This document shows positions 8,262 through 17,511 of a DNA stretch of 64,000 bases, one piece after another. The position numbers were made by a program, and so were the translations under genes. The notes below the pieces were generated by a model that saw only the letters and a program-made list of their open reading frames with translations, ran no database searches and was not told where the DNA came from. Each line of letters begins with the position of its first letter. The stretch's first letter is position 1. Origin of the DNA: Chloroflexota bacterium (GTDB taxonomy: Bacteria > Chloroflexota > Anaerolineae > SpSt-313); NCBI GenBank assembly GCA_029553955.1, contig JAKPJZ010000034.1:30692-94691 (forward strand). Direction: 5' to 3'.

Positions 8262-10010
8262 ATGGTCGAAGGTAGCAAAGGCGAGGCCTACCTGCTCGTC
8301 GATGTGGGGCACGTGCTGACTCACGCTGCCTACGTGGCGCGCGTGGAGGGCGTGGCGCGCCTGGTGGCGGTGGCCGAGGCCAGCACGACCAGGACGGCTG
8401 TGGAGGGCGGCCTGCTCGACGGCGTGCGCCGGGCTACGGCGAGCCTGGAGCTGCTGGCCGGCCGGCAGATTCTCGACCGCCTGGGCGAGGTGCGCCGGCC
8501 CTCAGACGGCGACGGCCACGGCGTCGACGGCGTGGTTGTCACCACCAGTCTGGCGCCGCTGTTGCGGGTGGCCCTGGTCGGCCTCACCGAGGATTTCAGC
8601 CTCGCCAGTGCGGTGCGGGCCGCCACCCTGCCCTGTGTGTCGCTCGAGCGCGCCATCTCGCTGGGGCTGGCCGAGCGCTGGCAGGCTGCCGATATCGAGG
8701 CGCTGCTGCAGCGGCCGCCCGATGTGCTCGTGCTCGTCGGCGGCGCCGACGGCGGGCCTGTGGCGCCCCTGCGCGAGATGGGCGAGACCCTCGGCACCGC
8801 CTATTCGCTGCTGCCGCCGGAGCGCCGGCCCACGGTCGTCTTTGCGGGGAATGACCGGGCATACAAGCCCGTCGCCGCCGCCTTTGCGGGCGTGGTCGAG
8901 GTGACGGCCGTCGCCAACGTCAGGCCGGCGCCGCACAAGGAGAACTTGGGCGGGCTGCAGGCCGAGCTGGCGCGCCTCTTCGGCGGCCGCCTCTGCCGTC
9001 CTGCGGGGCTGCAGCAGCTCGCCGGTTGGGCCGGCGCTGTGCCGCGCCATGACCTCGACGCCCTGGCCCGCACGCTGCGCTTTGTCGCCCGTCGCCACAG
9101 CCTGCGCCGTGGCCTCCTGGGCGTCGACGCGGGTGCCAACAGCAGCCGGGCGCTCTGGGTGCGGCCTGAAGGCGCCGCGCTCACCTGGGCGGCGCCCTAT
9201 GGAGTTGGCGCCGGGCTTGGCGCGCTGCGCGCGCTGGGCGACCCCACGGCGGTGGTGCGCTGGATGTGCCGCCCACCCTCCTGGGCCGAGGTGTGGGACA
9301 ATCTGAGCAACGTCGAGGTGCGGCCGGGCGTCGTGCCCGAGACGGATGAGGATTGGGACCTGCAGCAGGCCGCCGTGCGCGAAGCCCTGGGCCGCACCTG
9401 GGCCGGCGCCCACGCGGCCTGGGCCGGCTGGCCCGGCGAAGGCGCAGCGGCCGGCGAGGCCGAGATGATCGTGGCCCGTGGCACCGTCTTTAGCCACGCG
9501 CGCACCCCCGCCCAGGCAGCGCTGATGCTGCTCGATGCCCTCGAACCGGCGGGGCTGGTACGCCTGGCGCTCGATTGGGCAAACCTGCTGCCCGGGCTGA
9601 GCGGCCTGGCCGCGCTGGACCCCGAGGCCGCCGTGCAGGTGTTTGACAACGACGGCCTGCTGGAGCTGGGCACCCTCGTGGCACCGCGCGGGTGGCTGCG
9701 TGAGGGGGCGCGGGCGCTGCGGCTGCGCCTGCTCGTGGGCGGCGAAGAGCGGGCGCAGGTCGAGGTGCGCGCCGGCCACCTCTGCCGCGTGCCGCTGGGG
9801 ACGAACGAGCGTGGCCGGCTGGAGCTCTACCCGGCGCGCGGGCTTGACGTCGGGCTGGGCCGACGCGGGCGGGGCGGCGCGGTGGAGGTGCGCGGCGGAG
9901 CCTTGGGCGTGATCGTCGATGCCCGCGGCCGGCCGCTGCGGTTGCCGTCGGGCGATGAGGTACGCAGTGCCGCCTTCGAGGCGTGGCAGCAGGAGATCGA
10001 CACGCCGTGA
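8262..10010 (+). CDS. Hypothetical protein, possibly an ASKHA (actin/GlmL-like) ATPase fold
   Basis: 582-aa ORF. The N-terminal YLLVDVGHVLTHAAYV resembles the phosphate-1 strand-loop of GlmL/actin-like proteins. The assignment is weak. Confidence 0.55.
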   Translation: MVEGSKGEAYLLVDVGHVLTHAAYVARVEGVARLVAVAEASTTRTAVEGGLLDGVRRATASLELLAGRQILDRLGEVRRPSDGDGHGVDGVVVTTSLAPLLRVALVGLTEDFSLASAVRAATLPCVSLERAISLGLAERWQAADIEALLQRPPDVLVLVGGADGGPVAPLREMGETLGTAYSLLPPERRPTVVFAGNDRAYKPVAAAFAGVVEVTAVANVRPAPHKENLGGLQAELARLFGGRLCRPAGLQQLAGWAGAVPRHDLDALARTLRFVARRHSLRRGLLGVDAGANSSRALWVRPEGAALTWAAPYGVGAGLGALRALGDPTAVVRWMCRPPSWAEVWDNLSNVEVRPGVVPETDEDWDLQQAAVREALGRTWAGAHAAWAGWPGEGAAAGEAEMIVARGTVFSHARTPAQAALMLLDALEPAGLVRLALDWANLLPGLSGLAALDPEAAVQVFDNDGLLELGTLVAPRGWLREGARALRLRLLVGGEERAQVEVRAGHLCRVPLGTNERGRLELYPARGLDVGLGRRGRGGAVEVRGGALGVIVDARGRPLRLPSGDEVRSAAFEAWQQEIDTP

Positions 10011-11044
10011 AAGCAGAGCCCATTGCCAGCCGCCTGTATGCGCAGACCATCGTCGAGCACGAGCGACGCCTGCCCGGCGCCGGCCAGTTGCTGGTCGCGG
10101 TTGGCGATCAGGTCGAGAGCCGCACCGTCGTCGCCCGGAGCGAGGCGCAGGGTCCGCTGCGTATCGTCGACGTGGCCGAGGCCCTCGGCATTGCCCGCGA
10201 CCGCCTGCTGCGCTACCTGCGCGTCGAGGTCGGCCAGGAAGTGCAGGCCGGCGAGGTGCTGGCAACAGGCGGCTTTATGGGATGGCGCACCGTCACAGCG
10301 CCGGTCGCAGGCTGCGTCGCCGGCATTGCCGCCGGACGTGTGCTCATTGAAGAGCAGGCACACACCATCGAACTGCGCGCCAACCTGCCGGGCCAGGTGA
10401 TCCGCGTGCTCCCTGGCCAGGGGGTCGTCATCAGCGCTGTGGCCTCGCGCATTGTGGGCGCCTGGGGCTCTGGGGGCGAGGCCTATGGCCCCCTGGTGCT
10501 GCACAGCCAGGGGCCCAGCGATACCCTGCGCTGGATTGGCATTGATGTGGCCTGCCGTGGTAGAATCATAGTAGGCGGGCGCTGTCTCGATAAGCGGGTC
10601 CTGCTGCGCGCGGCGCGCCTGCGCGCCCTGGGCCTGGTGGTGGGCGGCTTGGCCGAGCATCTGCGGGCGGCGGCGCTCGAGCTGGGCCTGATCGTCATCG
10701 TCACCGACGGGATCGGGGCCGTGCCCATGGCCGAGCCCATCTTTGAGCTGCTGGCGCAGCACGAGGGCCGCGACGGCCTGTTGATCGGCGGGCGCAGCGA
10801 GTCTGTCGCGCGGCTGCCCCAAGTCGCCATCCCGCTCGACGCGGTGCGCGGCCCGCTGCACGTGGCGCCCGAGCGGCCGCTGGTCGTCGGCGACCGCGTG
10901 CGTCTTACCAGGGCGCCTTACCTGGGTGCCGTGGGCCAGGTTCTCGCCGTCATCGAAGAGGAGGGCGAGGCCTGGGCTCGCGTCAGCCTCGACGGCAGCG
11001 AGCCGGTCGTGGTGGCGTATCGCAATTTGGAGCGGCTGGGATGA
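9983..11044 (+). CDS. Hypothetical protein with barrel-sandwich-hybrid-like N-terminal repeats and a KOW-like C-terminus
   Basis: Track ORF. An alternative GTG start at 10007 overlaps the upstream stop (GTGA). Segments LLVAVGDQVESRTVVARSE and VEVGQEVQAGEVLATG look lipoyl/hybrid-barrel-like. The C-terminal segment is VVGDRVRLTRAPYLGAVGQV. Confidence 0.55.
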   Translation: MAAGDRHAVKAEPIASRLYAQTIVEHERRLPGAGQLLVAVGDQVESRTVVARSEAQGPLRIVDVAEALGIARDRLLRYLRVEVGQEVQAGEVLATGGFMGWRTVTAPVAGCVAGIAAGRVLIEEQAHTIELRANLPGQVIRVLPGQGVVISAVASRIVGAWGSGGEAYGPLVLHSQGPSDTLRWIGIDVACRGRIIVGGRCLDKRVLLRAARLRALGLVVGGLAEHLRAAALELGLIVIVTDGIGAVPMAEPIFELLAQHEGRDGLLIGGRSESVARLPQVAIPLDAVRGPLHVAPERPLVVGDRVRLTRAPYLGAVGQVLAVIEEEGEAWARVSLDGSEPVVVAYRNLERLG

Positions 11045-11049
11045 GGCGG

Positions 11050-11178
11050 AGGACGTAAAACGTAATGCGTAATGCGTGAGGCGTGAGGTGCGCTGTGCAC
11101 TATGAGGAGCTGCGCCGGGCAGACGCTCAGGGCATTACGCATTACGTTCTACGCAGTACGCATCACGCAGTACTGAGG
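11050..11178. repeat. Second copy of the GCGTAAT-unit hairpin element
   Basis: AACGTAATGCGTAATGC (11059-11075) pairs with GCATTACGCATTACGTT (11132-11148). Ends with CGCATCACGCAGTACTGAGG, matching the ...CGCATCACGCAGTACGAGGAGG end of the 7368 element. Confidence 0.8.
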
Positions 11179-11186
11179 TGTTGTCC

Positions 11187-11489
11187 ATGCCACTGACTCG
11201 TGAGCAGGTGGAACATATTGCCGAGTTGGCCAAGATTGCCTTGAGCGAGGGAGAGGTCGAGCTGTATCGTGAGCAGCTCTCGGCCATCCTCGACCATGTC
11301 GCGGCGCTGCAGCGGCTCGATACCGAGGCCATCGCGCCGACGGCGCGCGTGCTCGAGGCGAGCAACGTCATGCGGCCCGATGTGGCGCAGGCCTCGCTGC
11401 CGGTGGAGGACGTGCTGGCCAACGCGCCGTCGCGGCGCGACGATGCCTTTTGCGTGCCGCCGGTCTTGGAAGAACCATACGAGCTCTGA
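11187..11489 (+). CDS. gatC: Asp/Glu-tRNA amidotransferase subunit C
   Basis: MPLTREQVEHIAELAKIALSEGEVELYREQLSAILDHVAALQ... is a typical GatC, and it sits directly upstream of gatA. Confidence 0.9.
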   Translation: MPLTREQVEHIAELAKIALSEGEVELYREQLSAILDHVAALQRLDTEAIAPTARVLEASNVMRPDVAQASLPVEDVLANAPSRRDDAFCVPPVLEEPYEL

Positions 11490-11525
11490 AGTGTGGTCCA
11501 ATCCGCAGTTGAGAAGGCTGTATAG

Positions 11526-12998
11526 ATGCAAGTGCACGAACTGACGATCCGGGAGGCGCAGCGCCTGCTGGCCCGCGGCGAGATCAGCGCCGTCGCGCTG
11601 GCCGAGGCGGTCATCGACCGGATTGTCGCTGCAGACAATGACGTCCGCGCCTATCTCACTCTGACGCCCGAGCTGGCGCTCGAGCAGGCGCGGGCTGCTG
11701 ACCTGCGCCGCGCCGAGGCCCGGCGTTCGGGCGCGGATTCCCTGCCGCCGCTCCTCGGCATCCCCCTGGCCATCAAGGACGTGCTGTGCACGGCTGGCAT
11801 TCACACCACCTGCGGCTCGCGCATCCTCGAGGACTTTGTGCCGCCCTACGATGCGACGGTGGTCGCCCGCCTGAAGGACGCCGGCTGTGTGATGCTCGGC
11901 AAGACCAACACCGACGAGTTCGCCATGGGCTCGTCGACCGAGAACTCGGCCTACTTTGTCACCCACAACCCCTGGGACCTGGCGCGCGTGCCGGGCGGCT
12001 CGAGTGGAGGCAGCGCTGCGGCGGTGGCGGCGGGCGAAGCGCTCGGCGCGCTGGGCAGCGACACCGGCGGCAGCGTGCGCCAGCCGGCGGCCTTCTGCGG
12101 CGTAGTGGGGCTCAAGCCCACCTATGGGCGCGTCTCGCGCTACGGGCTGGTGGCCTTTGCCTCTTCGCTCGACCAGGCCGGCCCGCTCACCCGCGACGTG
12201 GCCGACGCGGCCCTGCTCTTGGGCATCATCGCCGGGGCCGATGCGCACGACTCGACCTCCGCGGCGGTGGAGGTGCCCGATTATGCGGCGGCGCTGACCG
12301 GCGACATCCGCGGCCTGCGCGTGGGCGTGCCCGAGGAGTACTTGGTGCCGGGCATGGAGCCGGGTGTGGAGGCGGCCGTGCGCCAGGCCGTGGCCCAACT
12401 GGAGGCGCTGGGGGCGGCGGTCGAGCGGGTCTCGCTGCCGCACACCGAGTATGCGCTGCCGGTGTTCTACCTGCTTGCCCCCGCCGAGGCCTCGGCCAAC
12501 CTGGCCCGCTACGACGGCGTCAAGTATGGCTACTCGGCCCCGGCCGGCGAGCTGTGGGAGATGTACAAGCGCACGCGCGGCGAGGGGTTTGGCGCCGAGG
12601 TCAAGCGGCGCATCATGCTCGGCACCTACGTCCTCTCGGCCGGCTACTATGAGGCCTACTACCTCAAGGCGCAGAAGGTGCGCACGCTGATCCGGCAGGA
12701 TTTCGAGCGTGCCTTGGCGCGCGTGGACGTGCTGGTGGCGCCCACCAGCCCCACGGTGGCCTTCCCCATCGGCGCCAAGTCCCAAGATCCGCTGCAGATG
12801 TACCTGTCGGATGTGCTCACCCTGTCGCTCAACCTGGCGGGCCTCTGCGGCATCTCGGTGCCCTGTGGCTTTTCGCAGGGCCTGCCGGTGGGCATGCAGA
12901 TCCTTGGCCGGGCGTTCGACGAGGCCACCATCCTGCGCGTCGCCCATGCCTACGAGCAGGCGACACCCTGGCATACCTATCGGCCTGCTTTGGCCTGA
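11526..12998 (+). CDS. gatA: Asp/Glu-tRNA amidotransferase subunit A (amidase signature family)
   Basis: 490 aa. Amidase signature [14 protein letters not shown] and [16 protein letters not shown]. Confidence 0.93.
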   Translation: MQVHELTIREAQRLLARGEISAVALAEAVIDRIVAADNDVRAYLTLTPELALEQARAADLRRAEARRSGADSLPPLLGIPLAIKDVLCTAGIHTTCGSRILEDFVPPYDATVVARLKDAGCVMLGKTNTDEFAMGSSTENSAYFVTHNPWDLARVPGGSSGGSAAAVAAGEALGALGSDTGGSVRQPAAFCGVVGLKPTYGRVSRYGLVAFASSLDQAGPLTRDVADAALLLGIIAGADAHDSTSAAVEVPDYAAALTGDIRGLRVGVPEEYLVPGMEPGVEAAVRQAVAQLEALGAAVERVSLPHTEYALPVFYLLAPAEASANLARYDGVKYGYSAPAGELWEMYKRTRGEGFGAEVKRRIMLGTYVLSAGYYEAYYLKAQKVRTLIRQDFERALARVDVLVAPTSPTVAFPIGAKSQDPLQMYLSDVLTLSLNLAGLCGISVPCGFSQGLPVGMQILGRAFDEATILRVAHAYEQATPWHTYRPALA

Positions 12999-13066
12999 AA
13001 GATGTTCACCAGCCCGAAGCCGAGCTGGGCTCACAGCGACGCCACCGCCCGGCCTTGACCCGGGGT

Positions 13067-13144
13067 GGGGGATTTGGAGGTTCTCCGGCGTCGTTGGCCC
13101 GCCAGCGGGCGGGCCAACGACGCCGGAGAACCTCCAAATCCCCC
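13067..13144. repeat. Long near-perfect palindrome with GCCCGCC-AGC-GGGCGGGC apex
   Basis: GGGGGATTTGGAGGTTCTCCGGCGTCGTTGGCCCGCC / GGCGGGCCAACGACGCCGGAGAACCTCCAAATCCCCC, downstream of gatA. Confidence 0.9.
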
Positions 13145-13240
13145 GAAAAAGGGCTTGCACCGGGAGGTTGCGAAGCGTATCGCCCGGTTGCCGACCCTTC
13201 GATGGCCTGCCAGGCTACGGCGCTGTTGAGAAAGTTGCTT

Positions 13241-13465
13241 GTCATTGCGAGTACCCCAGGCCGCGATGCAGCCTGTGCAAGCACAAGAAACCGCGCCTGT
13301 CATTGCGAGGAGGCCGCAGCCGACGAAGCAATCTCCACGTCGCGCGTTGGAGATTGCTTCGCTGCGCTCGCAATGACAGGCCCAAGTTTCTGAGCAGGAG
13401 GCGGCCGCCTCCTCGCAATGACAGTCGCAGTTTCTGTGCCTGCACAGGCTGCACCGGGGCCTGAG
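13241..13465. repeat. GTCATTGCGAG / GCAATC-type nested palindromic repeat cluster
   Basis: GTCATTGCGAG appears twice, with GAAGCAATCTCCACGTCGCGCGTTGGAGATTGCTTCGCTGCGCTCGCAATGACAG and CCTCCTCGCAATGACAG. Confidence 0.8.
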
Positions 13466-13490
13466 TACTCTGCGAGCACAACTTGTACTG

Positions 13491-14498
13491 ATGGAGGAGA
13501 TGACGATGAAAGTGATTATCCCGTTGGCGGGGTTTGGCACACGCCTGCGCCCGCACACGTTCACCAAGCCCAAGCCGCTGGTCAACGTGGCCGGCAAACC
13601 GGTGCTGGGCCACATCCTCGACAAACTGGCCGGCCTCGATATCGAAGAGATCATCTTTGTCACCGGCTACCTGGGCGATCAGATCGAGGCCTATGTCAGC
13701 GCCAACTACAGCTTTCCTGCGCGCTATGTAGAGCAGAAGGAGCTCAAGGGCCAGGCCCACGCGCTCTACCTGACCCGTGACTATGTGCAGGGGCCGGTGT
13801 TGATTATCTTTGTGGACACGATCTTTGAGACCGACCTGCGCCACCTGGAGCAGAGCGACGCCGACGGCATCCTCTACGTCAAACAGGTGGAGGACCCGCG
13901 CCGCTTCGGCGTGGCGGTGCTGGAGGATGGCCGCGTCACCCGGCTGATCGAGAAGCCCAGCGGCTTTGAGCACAACCTGGCGGTCATCGGCGTCTACTAT
14001 ATCCGCGATTCTCAGTGGCTGATGCGCGCCATAGAAGAGTTGATTGCGCGCGACATCAAGACCCAGGGCGAGTACTTTCTTGCCGATGCCCTGCAACTGA
14101 TGATCGACCAGGGGGCGCGCATGGTGGCCAACCGGCTGGAGGTCTGGGAGGACTGTGGCAAGCCCGAGACGGTGCTGCACACTAACCGCTACCTGCTGGA
14201 CCAGGGCCATGGCCAGGTGGTGCCCACCGAGAACTCGATCATCATCCCGCCGGTCTATATCGCGCGCACGGCGAGGGTGGTCAACTCGATTGTCGGCCCC
14301 TACGTCACGATCGCCGACGAGGGCGTGATCAAAGACAGCATCGTGCGCGACTCGATCATCGACGAGCGCGCGCATATCGAGGACGCCATGCTCGCCGGGT
14401 CGCTCATCGGCCGCGATGCCAAGGTCTCGGGCAGCTTTGAGCGACTGAATGTGGGCGATTCGTCGCAGGTGGACTTTGCTGGCCGCGAGGCCAGCTAG
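13491..14498 (+). CDS. Sugar-phosphate nucleotidyltransferase with C-terminal left-handed beta-helix
   Basis: KVIIPLAGFGTRLRPHTFTKPKPLV is the GxGTRL nucleotidyltransferase motif. The likely true start is ATG 13506 (MKVII), after GGAGGAG. Confidence 0.85.
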   Translation: MEEMTMKVIIPLAGFGTRLRPHTFTKPKPLVNVAGKPVLGHILDKLAGLDIEEIIFVTGYLGDQIEAYVSANYSFPARYVEQKELKGQAHALYLTRDYVQGPVLIIFVDTIFETDLRHLEQSDADGILYVKQVEDPRRFGVAVLEDGRVTRLIEKPSGFEHNLAVIGVYYIRDSQWLMRAIEELIARDIKTQGEYFLADALQLMIDQGARMVANRLEVWEDCGKPETVLHTNRYLLDQGHGQVVPTENSIIIPPVYIARTARVVNSIVGPYVTIADEGVIKDSIVRDSIIDERAHIEDAMLAGSLIGRDAKVSGSFERLNVGDSSQVDFAGREAS

Positions 14499-14544
14499 CG
14501 GGGGGCTCGGAGGCCCGAACTCGTTCGGGCTGGGTTGGGGGGCG

Positions 14545-14568
14545 CCCCAACAAGTTGGGGAGTCCGGG
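14545..14568. repeat. Solo copy of the 33-nt array unit core (CCCCAACAAGTTGGGGAGTCCGGG)
   Basis: Identical to the core of the 3768-4285 units. Preceded by the related hairpin GCCCGAACTCGTTCGGGC. Confidence 0.85.
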
Positions 14569-14618
14569 CTTGGTTCCATCAGTAGTGGGTCTGGGTTCAA
14601 ACCGAGGGAGGATCGACC

Positions 14619-15731
14619 ATGATCATCGGGGTACCCAAGGAAATCAAAGACAACGAGTACCGGGTCTCCATGACACCCGCCGGGGCGGACCTTCTGGTGC
14701 GCGCGGGGCACCGGGTGTTGGTGGAGCAGGGCGCCGGTAGCGGCAGCGGCTTTGCCGACGCAGAGTATGCCCAGGCCGGCGCCGAGATCGAGCCGCAGGC
14801 CGCCAGGGTCTGGGGCCAGGCCGAGATGGTGGCCAAGGTGAAGGAACCCCTGCCGCAGGAGTATGCCTACCTGCGTGAGGGGCTGCTCCTCTTCACCTAC
14901 CTGCATCTGGCCGCCGACCGCGGGCTGACCGAGGAGCTGCTCAGGCGCAAGGTGACCGCCGTGGCCTACGAGACGGTGCAGCGCAGCGACGGCTCGCTGC
15001 CGCTGCTCACGCCCATGAGCCAGATTGCCGGCCGCATGGCGGCGCAGGTGGCGGCTACGTACCTGCAACGCACCAATGGCGGGCTGGGCAAACTCATGGG
15101 CGGCGTGCCCGGCGTGCGTCCGGCCGACGTGGTCATCATCGGCGGCGGCACCGTGGGCACCAACGCGGCGCAGATCGCGCTGGGCATGGGCGCCCAGGTG
15201 ACCGTCGTCGACGTCGTGGCCGATCGCCTGCGCTACCTGAACGAAGTGCTGCACGGCAACCTGGTGACCCTCAGCTCGAACCCGCGCAACGTGGCCGAGG
15301 CGGTGGCGCGGGCCGATGCCGTCATCGGCGCCGTGCTCACGCCGGGGGCCAAGGCGCCGCGCTTGGTGACCGGGACGATGGTGGCAACGATGCGGCCCGG
15401 CTCGGTGATCGTCGATGTGGCGGTGGACCAGGGCGGCTGTGTGGAGACGAGCCGGCCCACCTCGCACAGCGAGCCCACCTTCCTGGTCAACGGCGTCGTC
15501 CACTACTGTGTGCCCAATATCCCGGGCGTGGTGCCGTGGACTTCGACCTATGCCCTGTCGAACGCCACCCTGCCGTACGCGCGGCGTCTGGCCGACCAGG
15601 GCTTTGCTGCCGCCGTACGCAGCGACCCGGTGCTGGCGTTGGGCGTCAATGCCTACCAGGGCCACCTGACCTACCGCGCCGTGGCCGACGCATTCGGGAT
15701 GGAATACGCGCCGCTGGCGACGCTGCTGTAG
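14619..15731 (+). CDS. ald: Alanine dehydrogenase
   Basis: MIIGVPKEIKDNEYRVSMTPAGADLLVRAGHRVLVEQGAG..., with the Rossmann motif VVIIGGGTVGTNAA. Confidence 0.92.
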   Translation: MIIGVPKEIKDNEYRVSMTPAGADLLVRAGHRVLVEQGAGSGSGFADAEYAQAGAEIEPQAARVWGQAEMVAKVKEPLPQEYAYLREGLLLFTYLHLAADRGLTEELLRRKVTAVAYETVQRSDGSLPLLTPMSQIAGRMAAQVAATYLQRTNGGLGKLMGGVPGVRPADVVIIGGGTVGTNAAQIALGMGAQVTVVDVVADRLRYLNEVLHGNLVTLSSNPRNVAEAVARADAVIGAVLTPGAKAPRLVTGTMVATMRPGSVIVDVAVDQGGCVETSRPTSHSEPTFLVNGVVHYCVPNIPGVVPWTSTYALSNATLPYARRLADQGFAAAVRSDPVLALGVNAYQGHLTYRAVADAFGMEYAPLATLL

Positions 15732-15738
15732 CGGCGAC

Positions 15739-15817
15739 GGGGTTCTGGCGGGTTGGCAACGCTGCCGGCCACCCCCCCCGGGGGTGGCCGGCAGCGTTGC
15801 CAACCCGCCAGAACCCC
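15739..15817. repeat. Long perfect palindrome (GGGGTTCTGGCGGGTTGGCAACGCTGCCGGCCACCCCC / complement)
   Basis: Direct reading. Lies between ald and gltX. The annotated long gltX ORF start (15753) falls inside it. Confidence 0.9.
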
Positions 15818-15839
15818 GTTTGCCGAAGGAGAGTCGAGA

Positions 15840-17261
15840 GTGATTCGCACGCGCTTCGCGCCCAGCCCCACGGGCTCTATGCACATTGGCAACCTGCGCA
15901 CGGCGCTCTACGCCTACCTGCTCGCCCGGCATAGCGGCGGCCGCTTCATCCTGCGCATCGAAGACACCGACCGCAGGCGTCACGTCCCCGAGGCCATCCA
16001 GGTCATCTACGACAGCCTGCGGCTCGCGGGGATTGACTGGGATGAAGGCCCCGACGTCGGCGGGAGCTATGGCCCGTACGTGCAGAGCGAACGCCGGGCG
16101 GTCTACCGGGAGCATGCGGAGCACCTGCTGGAGATCGGCGCTGCCTACCGCTGCTTTTGCGCCAGGGCTGAGGCGCAGGCAGCCGCTGCGCCCGCGCTCC
16201 GCGATCCCTGCCGCCTGCTGCCCCGGGCCGAGGCTGAGGCGCGGGCCAGGGCGGGCGAGCCGCATACCATCCGCCAGCGCATCCCCGAAGGCGGCGTGAC
16301 GTCGTTCGTGGATCACGTTTTCGGCACCATCACCGTCAGCAACGACACGCTCGATGATCAGGTGTTGCTGAAATCGGATGGCCTGCCCACCTATAACCTG
16401 GCCAATGTGATCGACGATCACCTGATGGCAATTACCCACGTCGTGCGCGGCGTCGAGTACCTCTCGTCGGCGCCCAAGTACAACCTGCTCTACACCAGCC
16501 TGGGTTGGGAGATTCCCGAGTACGTGCACCTGCCCCACATCGTCAAAGAGTCGGGGAAAAAGCTCAGCAAGCGCGACGGCGATGCCTCGTTCCAAGACAT
16601 CCTGGCGCGCGGCTATCTGCCCGAGGCGGTGGTCAACTATATCGCGCTCCTGGGCTGGAGCCCGGGCGACGACCGCGAGTTCTTTACCCTGGCCGGCCTG
16701 GTCGCCGAGTTTGACATCGATCGCATCAACAAGTCGAGCGCGGCCTTTTCCTTTGCCAAGCTCGATTGGCTCAACGGCGAGCACATCCGCACGTTGCCGG
16801 CGGAGCGCTTTCACGCTGCCGCCCGGGGCTACTACCCGGCGCGCATCGCCGAGGCGCTCGACACGGCGCGGCTCAGCCGCCTCGTGCAGCCCAGGGTCGC
16901 CAGGCTGAGCGACATTCCACACATGGTCGCGTTCTTTGGTGAGGTGCCGGCCTACGACGTGGCGCTCTACAACCATGACAAGTCCAGATCGACCGTCGCC
17001 TCGAGCCGCGACGTGCTTGAGCGCCTTGGGTCGCTGCTGGCCGCCCTCGAGCCGTGGAGCAATGAGGCGCTGCACCAGCGGTTGGTCGCTTTTGCCGCTG
17101 AAGCGGGGCTGAAGACCGGTACGGTGATGTGGCCGCTGCGCATCGCGCTCTCCGGCTCGCCGGCGACCCCGGGCGGGGCCACCGAGCTCGCCGAGGTGCT
17201 GGGCAAGGACGAGACGCTGCGCCGCATCGCCGCCGCGCTCGAGGTGCTGCGCCAAGCTTGA
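15840..17261 (+). CDS. gltX: Glutamyl-tRNA synthetase
   Basis: VIRTRFAPSPTGSMHIGNLRTALYAYL carries the HIGN class-I motif, and KLSKRDG is the KMSKS-type motif. The GTG at 15840 is in frame with track ORF 15753..17261 and lies just past the palindrome. Confidence 0.9.
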   Translation: MIRTRFAPSPTGSMHIGNLRTALYAYLLARHSGGRFILRIEDTDRRRHVPEAIQVIYDSLRLAGIDWDEGPDVGGSYGPYVQSERRAVYREHAEHLLEIGAAYRCFCARAEAQAAAAPALRDPCRLLPRAEAEARARAGEPHTIRQRIPEGGVTSFVDHVFGTITVSNDTLDDQVLLKSDGLPTYNLANVIDDHLMAITHVVRGVEYLSSAPKYNLLYTSLGWEIPEYVHLPHIVKESGKKLSKRDGDASFQDILARGYLPEAVVNYIALLGWSPGDDREFFTLAGLVAEFDIDRINKSSAAFSFAKLDWLNGEHIRTLPAERFHAAARGYYPARIAEALDTARLSRLVQPRVARLSDIPHMVAFFGEVPAYDVALYNHDKSRSTVASSRDVLERLGSLLAALEPWSNEALHQRLVAFAAEAGLKTGTVMWPLRIALSGSPATPGGATELAEVLGKDETLRRIAAALEVLRQA

Positions 17262-17346
17262 GGGCGCTCGGGGGGAGCCCCGCGTGCCTTTGGATGCCGA
17301 CGTGGCCGGCGCACGGCTTCGTGCCGAGCCGGCCCGGTACCTTAAG

Positions 17347-17491
17347 GGGTTTGGAGAGGGTTTGTCAGAGCGGGGCGTCGTGTGCCGCCCGCGGGCGGCA
17401 CACGACGCCCCGCTCTGACAAACCCTCTCCAAACCCGCCCTGGTCTGAAGCCGGGATCGCCGCATAGCGGTTGCCCCGGCTCCGACCCAGG
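17347..17491. repeat. Composite intergenic element: long palindrome (17347-17436, apex GCCGCCCGCGGGCGGC) plus a three-helix tail stem-loop (17439-17491)
   Basis: Tail: CCTGG-tctgaa-GCCGGG-atcg-CCGC-ata-GCGG-ttgc-CCCGGC-tccgac-CCAGG. Confidence 0.85.
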
Positions 17492-17511
17492 CTGAGGCCG
17501 AAGGAGTCTGT

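Noticed and set aside
8502-10265. 587-aa minus-strand ORF
   Set aside because: Antisense to the 8262 and 9983 CDSs. Arg/Pro/Gly/Ala-rich with no motifs.
11163-13160. 665-aa minus-strand ORF
   Set aside because: Antisense to unmistakable gatC and gatA.
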